Below, in pieces: positions 10,845 to 21,425 of a stretch of DNA of 64,000 bases. A program made the position numbers and the translations under genes. Each line of letters starts with the position of its first letter. Position 1 is the stretch's first letter. Below the pieces are notes generated by a model. The model was not told where the DNA came from, made no database searches, and worked only from the letters and a program-made list of their open reading frames with translations. Source of the DNA: Escherichia coli (GTDB lineage: Bacteria > Pseudomonadota > Gammaproteobacteria > Enterobacterales > Enterobacteriaceae); NCBI RefSeq assembly GCF_003018255.1, contig NZ_CP027440.1, one strand, 5' to 3'.

Positions 10845-12830
10845 TTATGCGCGCTTCAGATAGCGTTTATACCAACGTTCGAAGGCGACGGCGGGCATCG
10901 GTTTGGCAAACAAAAATCCTTGCCGCTCATTGATCCCGTTCTTGGTTAAAAAAGCATCTTCCTTTGCACTCTCTACACCTTCGGCGATCACCTGAAGATT
11001 CAATGCCTGGGCCACAGCGACGATCGCCCGGACCAGTGACTGCGAGACAGGTTGTTTGTGAATATCTCGAACAAAAACCTGGTCAAGTTTGATGGCATCG
11101 ATCGGAAAGCGCGCCAGTTGCGAAAGTGAAGAGTAGCCGGTACCAAAATCGTCCAGATGCACTTGCGCACCTAGTTGGCTAAATTGTTGAATAACAGACA
11201 GTGCCAGCTCATCATTCTCAATCAGGCAGCTCTCCGTCAGTTCAACATCAATAGGGCAGTATTCAAAATTGAGTTCCTGGAGAACCTGTTTCAGGGCGGT
11301 GAAAATGGTTTGATCGGCGAGCTGACGTGCAGAAATGTTTACCGCCACTCGCAGGTTAATGCCTTTATCCCGCCACTTCGCCACCTGGCGTACGACATCG
11401 AGAATCACCCAACGGCCTAAAGGCACAATTAGCCCTGACTCTTCGGCGTAGGAAATAAAGTCCAACGGTGGAATTAACCCACGTTCAGGTGACTGCCAAC
11501 GTACTAAAGCTTCCAGACTGCGTACTTCGCCACGCCAGGTGATTTTCGGTTGATAGTGAATAACCAACTGATCGTTTTCCAGTGCTTTACGCAAGTTGGT
11601 ATCCAGCCAGAGATATTCAAATACCCGCTGATTCATTTCTGGAGTAAAAACGCAAAATTGTCCTCGTCCGCCTTCCTTCGCTGTGTACATTGCTGTGTCG
11701 GCGTGACGAATAATAGCCGCGCTGTCCGAACCATGTTCGGGAGAGAGTGAAATACCCACTGAACAGCTGGTATAAACTTCAATTAAACCAATGCGGAAGG
11801 GGAGTCGTAAGCGGGTCAAAATTCGTGATGCCATTGCTTCCAGCGCGCTTTGTGAGGTATTGGATGCCAGTACCAGAAACTCATCGCCACCTGGACGCGC
11901 CAACACCTGATCATGTTCGAGACAGCTTAAAATGGCCAATGACACGTCGCGTAATAGCTGGTCACCAAACAAATGCCCATAAGCGTCGTTGACCTTTTTA
12001 AAATTATCCAAATCAAGATACACAACCCCAACTTTATTGTTATCTGCCTGATTAATGGCGTGATCGATTAACTCCTGCATTGCGTTACGATTCGGCAGTC
12101 CGGTGATACTGTCGGTATTTGCCAGAATACGCAGTCGCTCCTGAGCGCGGCGCTCTTCGGTAATGTCGGTGCCGGAACAGATTAAAAAAATTTCGTTCTT
12201 GCCACTGCCGCTGTGGACAAATTTATTGCGAAACAGAAACAGCCGCTGGCCTTTACGTGTTGGTATCCACAGTTCGACTTCATATGCATTGCCGCTTCGA
12301 AAAAATACACGGTTATTGCGCCTGGATGCCGCTGCTTCACGACGGCTCATAAACAGTTTAAACACGCTTTGGCCAATGACGTCGTGTTCTTTCAACCCAG
12401 TGTAATCTTCACATAACCGATTGAAGCGTTGGATATTCCCCCGGCTGTCGAGAATCACTATTGCGGAATGTGCTTCAGAAACTACCTGCTCAGCAAAGGA
12501 AAGTCCGTGTGATAAATCACGAGCAACTGCTGGTGTGTCATGCCATGCAGACGCGTTGCCAGCCCATTCCCGTTTATTGATTTTTCGTCCTACCAGATGC
12601 ACAGAAAGATCGCTTTCATCGACGGTCAGACTCATCATCAGGCTGGAGGTGATGACCGTCATTTCCCTGATGCGAGCAGCCTGTTCGGCAGATAACTGCA
12701 ACGTACGTTCAGGTTCTGTGGTTTCGGTGGTAGAAAAGCGCAAAACATCGCTGCTTTCCGTTAACCGCCAGTATGGATTGTGCGATCCGAGAAAGTTGTA
12801 CAACGTTGTGGACTCCCTAACGGTTTTCAT
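10845..12830 (-). CDS. pdeR: cyclic-di-GMP phosphodiesterase PdeR (Gmr/YciR): PAS–GGDEF–EAL
   Basis: 661 aa; degenerate GGDEF (…RPGGDEFLVL…) followed by an EAL domain (…EALVRW…); matches remembered PdeR. Confidence 0.93.
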   Translation of the reverse strand: MKTVRESTTLYNFLGSHNPYWRLTESSDVLRFSTTETTEPERTLQLSAEQAARIREMTVITSSLMMSLTVDESDLSVHLVGRKINKREWAGNASAWHDTPAVARDLSHGLSFAEQVVSEAHSAIVILDSRGNIQRFNRLCEDYTGLKEHDVIGQSVFKLFMSRREAAASRRNNRVFFRSGNAYEVELWIPTRKGQRLFLFRNKFVHSGSGKNEIFLICSGTDITEERRAQERLRILANTDSITGLPNRNAMQELIDHAINQADNNKVGVVYLDLDNFKKVNDAYGHLFGDQLLRDVSLAILSCLEHDQVLARPGGDEFLVLASNTSQSALEAMASRILTRLRLPFRIGLIEVYTSCSVGISLSPEHGSDSAAIIRHADTAMYTAKEGGRGQFCVFTPEMNQRVFEYLWLDTNLRKALENDQLVIHYQPKITWRGEVRSLEALVRWQSPERGLIPPLDFISYAEESGLIVPLGRWVILDVVRQVAKWRDKGINLRVAVNISARQLADQTIFTALKQVLQELNFEYCPIDVELTESCLIENDELALSVIQQFSQLGAQVHLDDFGTGYSSLSQLARFPIDAIKLDQVFVRDIHKQPVSQSLVRAIVAVAQALNLQVIAEGVESAKEDAFLTKNGINERQGFLFAKPMPAVAFERWYKRYLKRA

Positions 12831-13028
12831 GATGCATATCCTCCGGTTAACAGCGGAGTCCGCGGTTAAATAAAAGGAACAACATGACTTACATGAAATT
12901 AACGGCGGCTAAACGCATTGTTTTTTTTATATATTTATTTGTAATCCAGTTTTGGAAAAACGCCAGTTTTCAAACGAAAGTCAGTTAAAAAACTGCCGGG
13001 ATATGATGAAGGTAGAGCGGGGAAATAA

Positions 13029-13055
13029 ACGGCCCATTCATAAGGAATGGGCCGT
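13029..13055 (-). terminator. intrinsic terminator downstream of rnb
   Basis: ACGGCCCATT-cataagg-AATGGGCCGT stem-loop followed on the minus strand by TTTATTTCC. Confidence 0.7.
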
Positions 13056-13064
13056 GAAAGGAGA

Positions 13065-14999
13065 TTACGCGACCGGGCGCGCAATAATGCTGCGGGTTTC
13101 CATGCGGACTTCGGCAATGGTGACGTCAATAACGTCAGTCACTTTGTAAGCCGTTTCACCTTTAATTTGTACAGTGCCGTTTTCCTGGCTGCAAACCAGT
13201 TCATCGCGCACAGCGTGTAAGAAAGGTGCCGGAATAAAGGCGATAGCGCCGTTATCAACCAAACGCACACGCATGCCGCCACGGCTGATATCGACAATTT
13301 CCGCCGCGAAACGGGTGTCGGTCCCGGCTTTGTCTTTCAGGAAGCGTGCGTATAACCAGTCGCCAACATCACGTTCTGCCATTCGGTTGAGACGGCGACG
13401 CTCGGCCATTTGGACAGTGATTTCATCCTGCGGACGCGTCGCAGTTTCGCCTTTGATAACCGCTTTCAGCAGACGGTGGTTGATCATGTCGCCATATTTA
13501 CGGATCGGCGAAGTCCAGGTGGCGTATGCCTCCAGACCGAGGCCAAAGTGAGGACCGGGTTCAGTGCTAATTTCAGCAAATGACTGGAAGCGACGAATGC
13601 GGCTGTCGAGGAAACCAGTTGGTTGCGCATCCAGTTCACGACGCAGTTTGCAGAAACCGTCCAGCGTGAGCACTTCTTCAGCATCGACATGCAGACCGTG
13701 CGTTTTCAGCAACGCTGCCAACGCGTCGGCATTCGCCGGATCAAAGCCCATATGCACGTTATAGATGCCAAAACCGAGCTTATCGCGCAGTACGCGGGCC
13801 GCACAAATGTTAGCGGCAATCATCGCTTCTTCGACGATACGGTTGGCAATGCGACGAGGCTCGGCGACGATATCCAGCACTTCACCTTTTTCACCGAGAA
13901 TAAAGCGGTAATCCGGGCGATCTTTAAACACCAGTGCGTGGTTATGACGCCACTCGCCGCGGCGTTGGCAAATTTGCGCTAACAAACGGACTTGTTCAGC
14001 AATTGCTTCACTTTCAGGCTTCCAGTCACCGGTATTTTCCAGCCAGTCAGAAACCAGGTCATACACCAGCTTCGCTTTGGATTCGATGGTGGCGGCAAAG
14101 AATTCGATATTATCTTCAATGGTGCCATCAGCGGAGAGCGTCATGCGGCATGCCAGTACCGGGCGGACTTCATTGGCGCGCAGTGAGCAGAGATCGTCAG
14201 AAAGCTCGCGAGGCAGCATAGGGATGTTGAAGCCAGGCAGATAGTTGGTGAATGCGCGAATTTTCGCGGCTTTGTCCAGCTTGCTGCCTTCAGCAATCCA
14301 CGCGGTTGGATCGGCAATCGCCACAATCAGCTGAAGTTTGTCATCCGGCAACGCCTTAGCGAAAAGGGCGTCATCCATATCTTCTGTGCTGGCACTGTCG
14401 ATGGTGACAAAATCCAGCGCGGTCAGATCTTCACGAACCAGACCTTCATCGAGCATTTCGGTAGCGACGCCGTCTGGTGCTTCTTTCTCCAGATTATGGC
14501 GCGCAAGGGTAACCCACCACGGTACAAAGTGGTCGTCACCAAAAGTGATGTATTGTGTCAGTTCAGCATAGAAAGAACGATCGCCTTTCAGCGGATGACG
14601 GCGCATTTCGGCAACCGCCCAGTCGCCTTCTTTAAACTCGTGGTTCAGGCCACGGGCTGCGCGGCAAGGAATGGCGTCTTTTAAGAGTGGATGATCAGGA
14701 ACGATGGCCAGACGGTCATTTTTGCCCTGAACTTTACCCACGAAACGAGTCAGAAACGGTTCAACCAGTTCTTCTGGCTCTGCGGATTCACGTTCTTTTT
14801 CACTGTGGATAACCGCGATAATTCGGTCGCCATGCATGACTTTTTTCATCTGCGGCGGCGGAATGAAATAACTTTTTTGCGCGTCGACTTCCAGGAAGCC
14901 AAAGCCTTTTTCTGTGGCTTTTACCACCCCTTCAGCGCGTGGCGTCTGGGAATGCAGTTGCTGTTTAAGCTGCGCTAGCAGCGGGTTGTCCTGAAACAT
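13065..14999 (-). CDS. rnb: exoribonuclease II (RNase II)
   Basis: 644 aa; RNB catalytic domain plus C-terminal S1 domain; matches remembered RNase II. Confidence 0.95.
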   Translation of the reverse strand: MFQDNPLLAQLKQQLHSQTPRAEGVVKATEKGFGFLEVDAQKSYFIPPPQMKKVMHGDRIIAVIHSEKERESAEPEELVEPFLTRFVGKVQGKNDRLAIVPDHPLLKDAIPCRAARGLNHEFKEGDWAVAEMRRHPLKGDRSFYAELTQYITFGDDHFVPWWVTLARHNLEKEAPDGVATEMLDEGLVREDLTALDFVTIDSASTEDMDDALFAKALPDDKLQLIVAIADPTAWIAEGSKLDKAAKIRAFTNYLPGFNIPMLPRELSDDLCSLRANEVRPVLACRMTLSADGTIEDNIEFFAATIESKAKLVYDLVSDWLENTGDWKPESEAIAEQVRLLAQICQRRGEWRHNHALVFKDRPDYRFILGEKGEVLDIVAEPRRIANRIVEEAMIAANICAARVLRDKLGFGIYNVHMGFDPANADALAALLKTHGLHVDAEEVLTLDGFCKLRRELDAQPTGFLDSRIRRFQSFAEISTEPGPHFGLGLEAYATWTSPIRKYGDMINHRLLKAVIKGETATRPQDEITVQMAERRRLNRMAERDVGDWLYARFLKDKAGTDTRFAAEIVDISRGGMRVRLVDNGAIAFIPAPFLHAVRDELVCSQENGTVQIKGETAYKVTDVIDVTIAEVRMETRSIIARPVA

Positions 15000-15066
15000 A
15001 ATTGTCTATTTTGGTGGCCATTAGAGCGGCTGACAGTTTTACGCGAATCTGTCTGACGCGGCAAGG

Positions 15067-16194
15067 TTAATATGTCTCACCCAACGCGATTTTTAAGCGA
15101 TTTATCCAGCCACACAGCCCGCTCCATACCAGCAGATTAATAATCTGCGTTGATGATTTTTCGTGTTCGAGTAATGGGCTGAACTGGGCGGCGCTAAAGC
15201 GATCGGGTGCTCGGGTCAGCCATTGTATCGCCTGAACGGTAGCGCGCTCAACAGAATGACGGTCAGCCCATTGGTTAATTTCATTTTCGCCCTTGCGCAG
15301 AAGGGCGCTGATTTTTTTATATTCATTTGATGAATTCATACAGGTGGCAAAACAAGCAGGACTGCCATTTATCCGCGCGCATAACAACGCCGCAAGCTGA
15401 TTATCCGGCTGTGTATTGACCCGTGTGCTGTTTAGCAACTTTTCGAGAAGGGAAAGTGAAATAGGGTGGAGAGAGAGTGTTTCGGCCAGTTGGCAAAGTT
15501 CTGCAGTTGAACTTTTTGTGTGCTCTTCAGGGAGTTTTTCCACCTCATAGCTGCTTCGCCAGCGTATTGATTCATCAGCAAACAGTGACGCGTCGGCATA
15601 GTTTTGTATCTCCAGACCGGGTAACCAGCGTACCGGATGCCCGAGATAAGCCTGAAATGTCGCAATTGACCGCGCCTGAAAGCCAATAAAACCAATGATT
15701 TGGTTAATGATTACACAGTCCCAGGCAGTTAGGCCGACGTCATTCAGATGCTGGCGCGATCGGTTGTCGATAATAGAAGGCGAGCTAGCCAGTTGGCGGG
15801 CATATTGCGTGATTTGTGCTAACCGATGATTACTTTCCCTGGAGGAATCAGGCCCGGGGAGCGGCGTAAGTCGCGCCGAATAGTAGTTACATAACCGTTG
15901 GACGCCGCAAACCTGAGCAACCGTCAGGGCCGTCGACAAGCGTTCATAAGCGGTGAAGGTCTGTGAACGGGTCACGGTAAGCTGGTCAGGGAACAACTCT
16001 ACTGCAAGAACGCGCGCAGGGACCAGCCATGAAAGGAAGGGTGCCAGCGTTTCTTCATCAAGGATCACGTCGAGCAGAAAGGGATCGCTGACCTTTGCGG
16101 CTTCCGGGACCAGAGGCAGAACGTCATACTCCGCAGTACTGGATTGCGTTTCATGATACCAGTGGCTTTTGCCGGTGATGTGGCGTTGTTCCAT
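15067..16194 (-). CDS. yciW: uncharacterised protein YciW (carboxymuconolactone-decarboxylase-like)
   Basis: ORF 15067..16272; start placed at the internal Met ([15 protein letters not shown]…), 375 aa. Confidence 0.85.
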   Translation of the reverse strand: MEQRHITGKSHWYHETQSSTAEYDVLPLVPEAAKVSDPFLLDVILDEETLAPFLSWLVPARVLAVELFPDQLTVTRSQTFTAYERLSTALTVAQVCGVQRLCNYYSARLTPLPGPDSSRESNHRLAQITQYARQLASSPSIIDNRSRQHLNDVGLTAWDCVIINQIIGFIGFQARSIATFQAYLGHPVRWLPGLEIQNYADASLFADESIRWRSSYEVEKLPEEHTKSSTAELCQLAETLSLHPISLSLLEKLLNSTRVNTQPDNQLAALLCARINGSPACFATCMNSSNEYKKISALLRKGENEINQWADRHSVERATVQAIQWLTRAPDRFSAAQFSPLLEHEKSSTQIINLLVWSGLCGWINRLKIALGETY

Positions 16195-16299
16195 GGGCGC
16201 TCCTTGGTCGTAAAGGAAATCGTTATCCTGACGCAAGGCGGGAAGGGGAGAAAGACGGATCGGCGATAACAAATATCAGAAAGGTATAACAGAGATAAC

Positions 16300-16318
16300 G
16301 GGCGGCAGAACGCCGCCC
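16300..16318 (-). terminator. GC-rich hairpin downstream of fabI (GGGCGGC-agaac-GCCGCCC)
   Basis: 7-bp GC stem 20 bp after the fabI stop. Confidence 0.55.
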
Positions 16319-16337
16319 ATCTTTACCAACAGAACGA

Positions 16338-17126
16338 TTATTTCAGTTCGAGTTCGTTCATTGCAGCGATGCTGAAACCGCCGTCAACGTGGACCACTTC
16401 ACCGGAGATACCGGCAGAGAGATCGGAGCACAGGAATGCCGCGGAGTTACCCACATCTTCAATAGTAACGGTACGGCGAATCGGGGTAACGGCTTCGCAA
16501 TGAGCCAGCATTTTGCGGAAGTCTTTGATACCGGAAGCCGCCAGAGTACGGATCGGACCCGCAGAGATGGCGTTAACACGCACACCTTCCGGACCCATCG
16601 CGTTCGCCATATAGCGCACGTTCGCTTCCAGAGACGCTTTTGCCAGACCCATAACGTTGTAGTTCGGGATAGCGCGCTCAGCGCCAAGGTAGGAAAGGGT
16701 CAGCAGGGCAGAACCCGGATTCAGCATGGAGCGGCAAGCTTTTGCCATTGCAACGAAGCTGTAGGAGCTGATGTCGTGGGCAATTTTGAAGCCTTCACGA
16801 GTAACGGCGTTAACATAGTCACCATCCAGCTGATCGCCAGGTGCAAAACCAATAGAGTGTACGAAACCGTCAAATTTCGGCCAAACTTTCCCCAGTTCAG
16901 CGAACATGGTGTCGATGCTGGTATCTTCGGCAACATCGCACTGCAGAACGATGTCAGAACCCAATTGAGCGGCAAATTCTTCTACGCGGCCTTTCAGTTT
17001 GTCGTTCTGGTAGGTGAATGCCAGTTCAGCTCCTTCGCGGTGCATCGCCTGAGCGATACCGTAGGCGATGGACAGTTTGCTGGCAACACCGGTTACCAGA
17101 ATGCGCTTACCGGAAAGAAAACCCAT
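16338..17126 (-). CDS. fabI: enoyl-[acyl-carrier-protein] reductase (NADH)
   Basis: 262 aa; SDR fold with N-terminal Gly-rich NAD-binding motif and conserved FabI sequence. Confidence 0.96.
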   Translation of the reverse strand: MGFLSGKRILVTGVASKLSIAYGIAQAMHREGAELAFTYQNDKLKGRVEEFAAQLGSDIVLQCDVAEDTSIDTMFAELGKVWPKFDGFVHSIGFAPGDQLDGDYVNAVTREGFKIAHDISSYSFVAMAKACRSMLNPGSALLTLSYLGAERAIPNYNVMGLAKASLEANVRYMANAMGPEGVRVNAISAGPIRTLAASGIKDFRKMLAHCEAVTPIRRTVTIEDVGNSAAFLCSDLSAGISGEVVHVDGGFSIAAMNELELK

Positions 17127-17603
17127 AGCTTTAATCCTTATTGTTGATGCTTGTTGTGCCTGAAAATCAGGCGATTCGTCGTTTTAGTAAACAGTACGAA
17201 CAGATAAACGGTTATTATAATCAACCTGGCTGTGGGTGGCTATAGTTGCGCTTTCTGTACCGGAGAGAAGCTGCGGTACAGAGCATTTTGCGTTATCTAC
17301 TCTTGACGCCTGCAAGGGGTAGGTTGGGGGAATATCTTATAGAATCTGACTATGAAACTATTCGTATTAGCTCCGATAAGTTTGATGATGAAAACAGAAC
17401 TGGCGACAACAAGTAGCAGCCTTTCTGATGAATTGACCCCAACTTAATATTGTCAACTATCTTCACAGAATCTCCACAATCTCTTCATTATCAGAATATG
17501 CACCATGAATAAGATAAAAATACTTTCCATTACTTTGGAGAAACGTATAATCAGCAAAAATGAGAACGATCATTCTCACCAAGTGATAGGCCAGGAGACA
17601 GAA

Positions 17604-18170
17604 ATGACCAGCAAGCTGGAGATACGCCACAAACAGCGTCAGGATGAAATCATTAACGCCGCCCGTCGGTGTTTTCGTCGCTGCGGATTTCATGCCGCCA
17701 GTATGTCGCAAATTGCCAGCGAAGCTCAGCTTAGCGTGGGTCAGATATATCGTTACTTCGCCAACAAAGACGCCATTATTGAAGAGATGGTTCGCCGTAT
17801 CATCGACTTTCGTATTGCCCAAATGGACATTGACGCGCGTACCGATCACTTCCCGGAAGTCCTTGCCTTGCGTAAATCCTTAAATGAGGACGACGACGCG
17901 CTGATGCTGGAAGTGGCTGCAGAAGCCACACGCAACCCGCGGGTTATGGCAATGCTTGAAGAAGCTGACGCCAGAATGTTCGCTAACGGTTGTGCACATA
18001 TGAAAAGAATGCATCCCCATCTTAGCGACGAGCACATTCGTTGCTGCGTTGAAGTGTTTGCTACCATGATGGAAGGTACGGTTTATCGTCGTTTAACACC
18101 GCAAAAAAGCGATCCACAACATCTGCAGGAAATATATCAGGATATTGTTAGTATGTTGATAAATAAATAA
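17604..18170 (+). CDS. TetR/AcrR-family transcriptional regulator, likely repressor of the adjacent efflux operon
   Basis: ORF 17505..18170; start at ATG 17604 preceded by AGGAGA; N-terminal TetR HTH (…AARRCFRRCGFHAASMSQIASEAQLSVGQIYRYFANKDAI…). Confidence 0.85.
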   Translation: MTSKLEIRHKQRQDEIINAARRCFRRCGFHAASMSQIASEAQLSVGQIYRYFANKDAIIEEMVRRIIDFRIAQMDIDARTDHFPEVLALRKSLNEDDDALMLEVAAEATRNPRVMAMLEEADARMFANGCAHMKRMHPHLSDEHIRCCVEVFATMMEGTVYRRLTPQKSDPQHLQEIYQDIVSMLINK

Positions 18171-18190
18171 GAACAGAATTAACCAATAGC

Positions 18191-18216
18191 GGGGGATATT
18201 AATCCCCCTTATTTCA
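18191..18216 (+). terminator. intrinsic terminator after the TetR gene (GGGGGA-tattaa-TCCCCC followed by TTATTTCATT)
   Basis: Stem, loop and T-rich tail read directly, 21 bp after the TetR stop. Confidence 0.7.
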
Positions 18217-18218
18217 TT

Positions 18219-18292
18219 GCGAAATTCATTTCGCGATGCGGGTTCGTTATAACTGAATATCCCTGACATATCCTCATTAATTTCAATGAGGA
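18219..18292. promoter_or_regulatory. two palindromes upstream of the efflux operon, candidate TetR operators and promoter region
   Basis: GCGAAAT-TC-ATTTCGC (18219..18234) and TCCTCATT-aatttc-AATGAGGA (18271..18292), 27–100 bp upstream of the adaptor gene start. Confidence 0.4.
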
Positions 18293-18318
18293 GGGTATTT
18301 CTCACCCTGGAGAAAATA

Positions 18319-19440
18319 ATGAAGTATATAGCAACATCTGTAGTGGCAATGCTGCTCTTATCGGGTTGTGATAATACGCAAAGTAACAATTCATCCCCGT
18401 CAGAAACAGAAGTCGGCGTTGTTACGCTCAAATCTCAACCGGTTTCGGTAGTCAGTGAATTAACCGGACGCACCAGTGCTGCGCTCAGTGCTGAAGTACG
18501 TCCGCAGGTTGGGGGAATTATCCAGAAACGCTTATTTAAGGAAGGTGATCTGGTCAAGGCTGGACAGCCGCTCTACCAGATTGATGCGGCCAGTTATCAG
18601 GCTGCATGGAATGAAGCTCGGGCAGCATTACAACAAGCACAGGCACTGGTAAAAGCCGATTGCCAGAAAGCGCAGCGTTATGCCCGACTGGTGAAAGAGA
18701 ACGGTGTTTCACAACAGGATGCTGATGATGCTCAGTCTACCTGTGCACAAGATAAAGCCAGTGTAGAGGCGAAAAAAGCCGCACTGGAAACTGCGCGCAT
18801 TAATCTTGACTGGACCACGGTAACCGCACCGATTTCGGGGCGTATTGGTATTTCGTCGGTAACCCCTGGCGCACTGGTGACCGCGTCGCAGGATACAGCG
18901 TTAACGACTATTCGTGGTCTGGATACAATGTATGTCGACCTCACTCGCTCTAGTGTCGATTTATTACGTCTGCGTAAACAGTCACTGGCGACCAACAGTG
19001 ACACCATGAGCGTCTCACTTATTCTGGAAGATGGCACAACTTACAGCGAAAAAGGGCGTCTGGAACTCACCGAAGTCGCTGTAGATGAGTCTACCGGTTC
19101 GGTGACATTACGGGCGATTTTTCCCAATCCACAACAGCAGTTATTACCGGGAATGTTTGTTCGCGCTCGTGTCGATGAAGGCGTGATGGAAGACGCTATT
19201 CTCGCGCCGCAACAGGGCGTCACGCGCGATGCTAAAGGCAATGCAACTGCGCTGGTGGTGAATAAAGACAATAAAGTAGAGCAGCGAACGCTCGAAACGG
19301 GAGAAACGTATGGTGATAAATGGCTGGTGCTGAACGGCCTGCACAACGGCGACCGACTGATTGTTGAAGGTTCTGCCAAAGTCACTTCAGGGCAGACCGT
19401 CAAGGCTGTTGAAGTTCAGGCTAATGGAGGCAACGCCTGA
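18319..19440 (+). CDS. RND efflux periplasmic adaptor (membrane fusion protein), AcrA/MexA-like lipoprotein
   Basis: ORF 18286..19440; start at 18319 (MKYIATSVVAMLLLSGC…, lipobox); strong AcrA-like similarity (…GRTSA…EVRPQVGGII…, …TLRAIFPNP…LLPGMFVRAR…). Confidence 0.9.
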   Translation: MKYIATSVVAMLLLSGCDNTQSNNSSPSETEVGVVTLKSQPVSVVSELTGRTSAALSAEVRPQVGGIIQKRLFKEGDLVKAGQPLYQIDAASYQAAWNEARAALQQAQALVKADCQKAQRYARLVKENGVSQQDADDAQSTCAQDKASVEAKKAALETARINLDWTTVTAPISGRIGISSVTPGALVTASQDTALTTIRGLDTMYVDLTRSSVDLLRLRKQSLATNSDTMSVSLILEDGTTYSEKGRLELTEVAVDESTGSVTLRAIFPNPQQQLLPGMFVRARVDEGVMEDAILAPQQGVTRDAKGNATALVVNKDNKVEQRTLETGETYGDKWLVLNGLHNGDRLIVEGSAKVTSGQTVKAVEVQANGGNA

Positions 19441-21425
19441 TGTTTTCGCGCTTTTTTGTTCGCCGCCCGGTCTTTGCCTGGGTTATCGCCATTTTGATTA
19501 TGTTGGCGGGGATTCTGGCTATTCGCACATTGCCCGTCGCGCAATATCCTGACGTTGCACCGCCGACCATTAAAATTTCAGCCACTTATACTGGTGCTTC
19601 TGCCGAAACGCTGGAGAACAGCGTGACTCAGGTTATCGAGCAACAACTCACTGGGCTTGATAATTTACTCTATTTCAGCTCAACCAGTAGCTCTGATGGT
19701 TCGGTCAGTATTAATGTGACCTTTGAACAAGGTACCGATCCAGATACTGCACAGGTTCAGGTGCAGAATAAAATTCAGCAGGCGGAGTCGCGCCTACCCA
19801 GCGAAGTGCAGCAAACGGGTGTTACGGTGGAGAAATCACAAAGCAACTTTTTGCTGATTGCTGCCGTGTATGACACCACTGACAAAGCCTCCAGTTCGGA
19901 TATCGCCGACTGGCTGGTCAGTAACGTTCAGGACCCCCTGGCGCGTGTTGAAGGTGTGGGGAGTCTGCAAGTCTTTGGCGCGGAATACGCTATGCGCATC
20001 TGGCTCGACCCGGCCAAACTGGCGTCTTACTCGCTGATGCCTTCAGACGTGCAAAGTGCTATTGAAGCGCAAAACGTGCAGGTTACTGCCGGGAAAATAG
20101 GGGCATTGCCTTCACCGGATACTCAGCAACTGACCGCAACGGTACGTGCGCAGTCTCGCTTGCAGACGGTGGATCAGTTCAAAAATATTATCGTGAAAAG
20201 CCAGTCAGACGGCGCAGTTGTTCGTATAAAAGATGTGGCTCGCGTTGAGATGGGCAGTGAAGATTATACCGCTATTGGCAAACTTAACGGTCACCCGTCT
20301 GCCGGGGTTGCTGTAATGCTTTCGCCCGGTGCGAATGCGCTGAATACGGCGACGCTGGTCAAGGATAAGATTGCCGAATTCCAGCGGAACATGCCGCAGG
20401 GATACGACATCGCATACCCGAAAGACAGCACTGAATTTATTAAAATCTCCGTAGAGGACGTAATTCAGACGCTGTTTGAAGCCATCGTATTGGTGGTTTG
20501 CGTGATGTATTTATTCCTGCAAAACCTGCGTGCCACACTGATTCCGGCGTTAGCTGTCCCCGTCGTTTTGCTGGGCACATTCGGCGTTCTTGCGTTGTTT
20601 GGCTATTCGATTAATACCCTGACGTTGTTTGCAATGGTGCTGGCGATCGGCTTGTTGGTGGACGATGCCATTGTGGTGGTGGAGAACGTCGAACGCATTA
20701 TGCGTGACGAAGGGTTGCCCGCGCGTGAAGCCACGGAAAAATCAATGGGCGAGATTTCTGGCGCACTGGTTGCCATTGCGCTGGTGTTGTCAGCCGTATT
20801 CCTGCCGATGGCCTTCTTTGGGGGATCTACGGGGGTAATTTATCGTCAGTTCTCCATCACCATCATCTCCGCAATGCTGCTTTCCGTGGTGGTGGCATTG
20901 ACCTTGACTCCCGCCCTGTGCGGTTCCGTCCTCCAGCATGTTCCACCACATAAAAAAGGCTTTTTCGGCGCATTTAACCGCTTTTACCGCCGTACTGAAG
21001 ATAAATATCAGCGAGGCGTAATTTATGTCCTGCGCCGTGCAGCCCGAACGATGGGGCTTTATGTCGTGCTGGGTGGTGGAATGGCACTGATGATGTGGAA
21101 GCTGCCGGGCAGTTTCTTACCCACTGAAGACCAGGGCGAAATCATGGTGCAGTACACGCTGCCGGCCGGGGCGACCGCTGCCCGTACAGCAGAAGTGAAT
21201 CGCCAGATTGTTGACTGGTTCCTGATTAACGAGAAAGCAAATACCGATGTCATCTTTACCGTTGATGGTTTCAGTTTTAGCGGCAGCGGACAGAACACCG
21301 GGATGGCGTTTGTTTCGTTGAAAAACTGGTCTCAACGTAAAGGGGCAGAAAACACCGCCCAGGCTATCGCCCTACGGGCTACCAAAGAGCTGGGCACAAT
21401 TCGTGTGCCACGGTATTTGCGATGA
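19440..21425 (+). CDS. RND multidrug efflux permease, AcrB-like, N-terminal ~660-aa fragment ending at a frameshift-induced stop
   Basis: Start overlaps the adaptor stop (TGATG); AcrB-like over its length (MFSRFFVRRPVFAWVIAILIMLAG…); terminates seven codons after the frame change, where an intact AcrB continues. Confidence 0.8.
   Translation: MFSRFFVRRPVFAWVIAILIMLAGILAIRTLPVAQYPDVAPPTIKISATYTGASAETLENSVTQVIEQQLTGLDNLLYFSSTSSSDGSVSINVTFEQGTDPDTAQVQVQNKIQQAESRLPSEVQQTGVTVEKSQSNFLLIAAVYDTTDKASSSDIADWLVSNVQDPLARVEGVGSLQVFGAEYAMRIWLDPAKLASYSLMPSDVQSAIEAQNVQVTAGKIGALPSPDTQQLTATVRAQSRLQTVDQFKNIIVKSQSDGAVVRIKDVARVEMGSEDYTAIGKLNGHPSAGVAVMLSPGANALNTATLVKDKIAEFQRNMPQGYDIAYPKDSTEFIKISVEDVIQTLFEAIVLVVCVMYLFLQNLRATLIPALAVPVVLLGTFGVLALFGYSINTLTLFAMVLAIGLLVDDAIVVVENVERIMRDEGLPAREATEKSMGEISGALVAIALVLSAVFLPMAFFGGSTGVIYRQFSITIISAMLLSVVVALTLTPALCGSVLQHVPPHKKGFFGAFNRFYRRTEDKYQRGVIYVLRRAARTMGLYVVLGGGMALMMWKLPGSFLPTEDQGEIMVQYTLPAGATAARTAEVNRQIVDWFLINEKANTDVIFTVDGFSFSGSGQNTGMAFVSLKNWSQRKGAENTAQAIALRATKELGTIRVPRYLR

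Noticed and set aside
16389-17147. 252-aa ORF on the + strand antisense to fabI
   Set aside because: Fully overlaps the well-supported fabI gene on the opposite strand; no RBS or recognisable domain; a shadow ORF.
17463-17849. 128-aa minus-strand ORF overlapping the TetR gene start
   Set aside because: Antisense to the TetR N-terminus and extending into the AT-rich spacer; no RBS or domain features.
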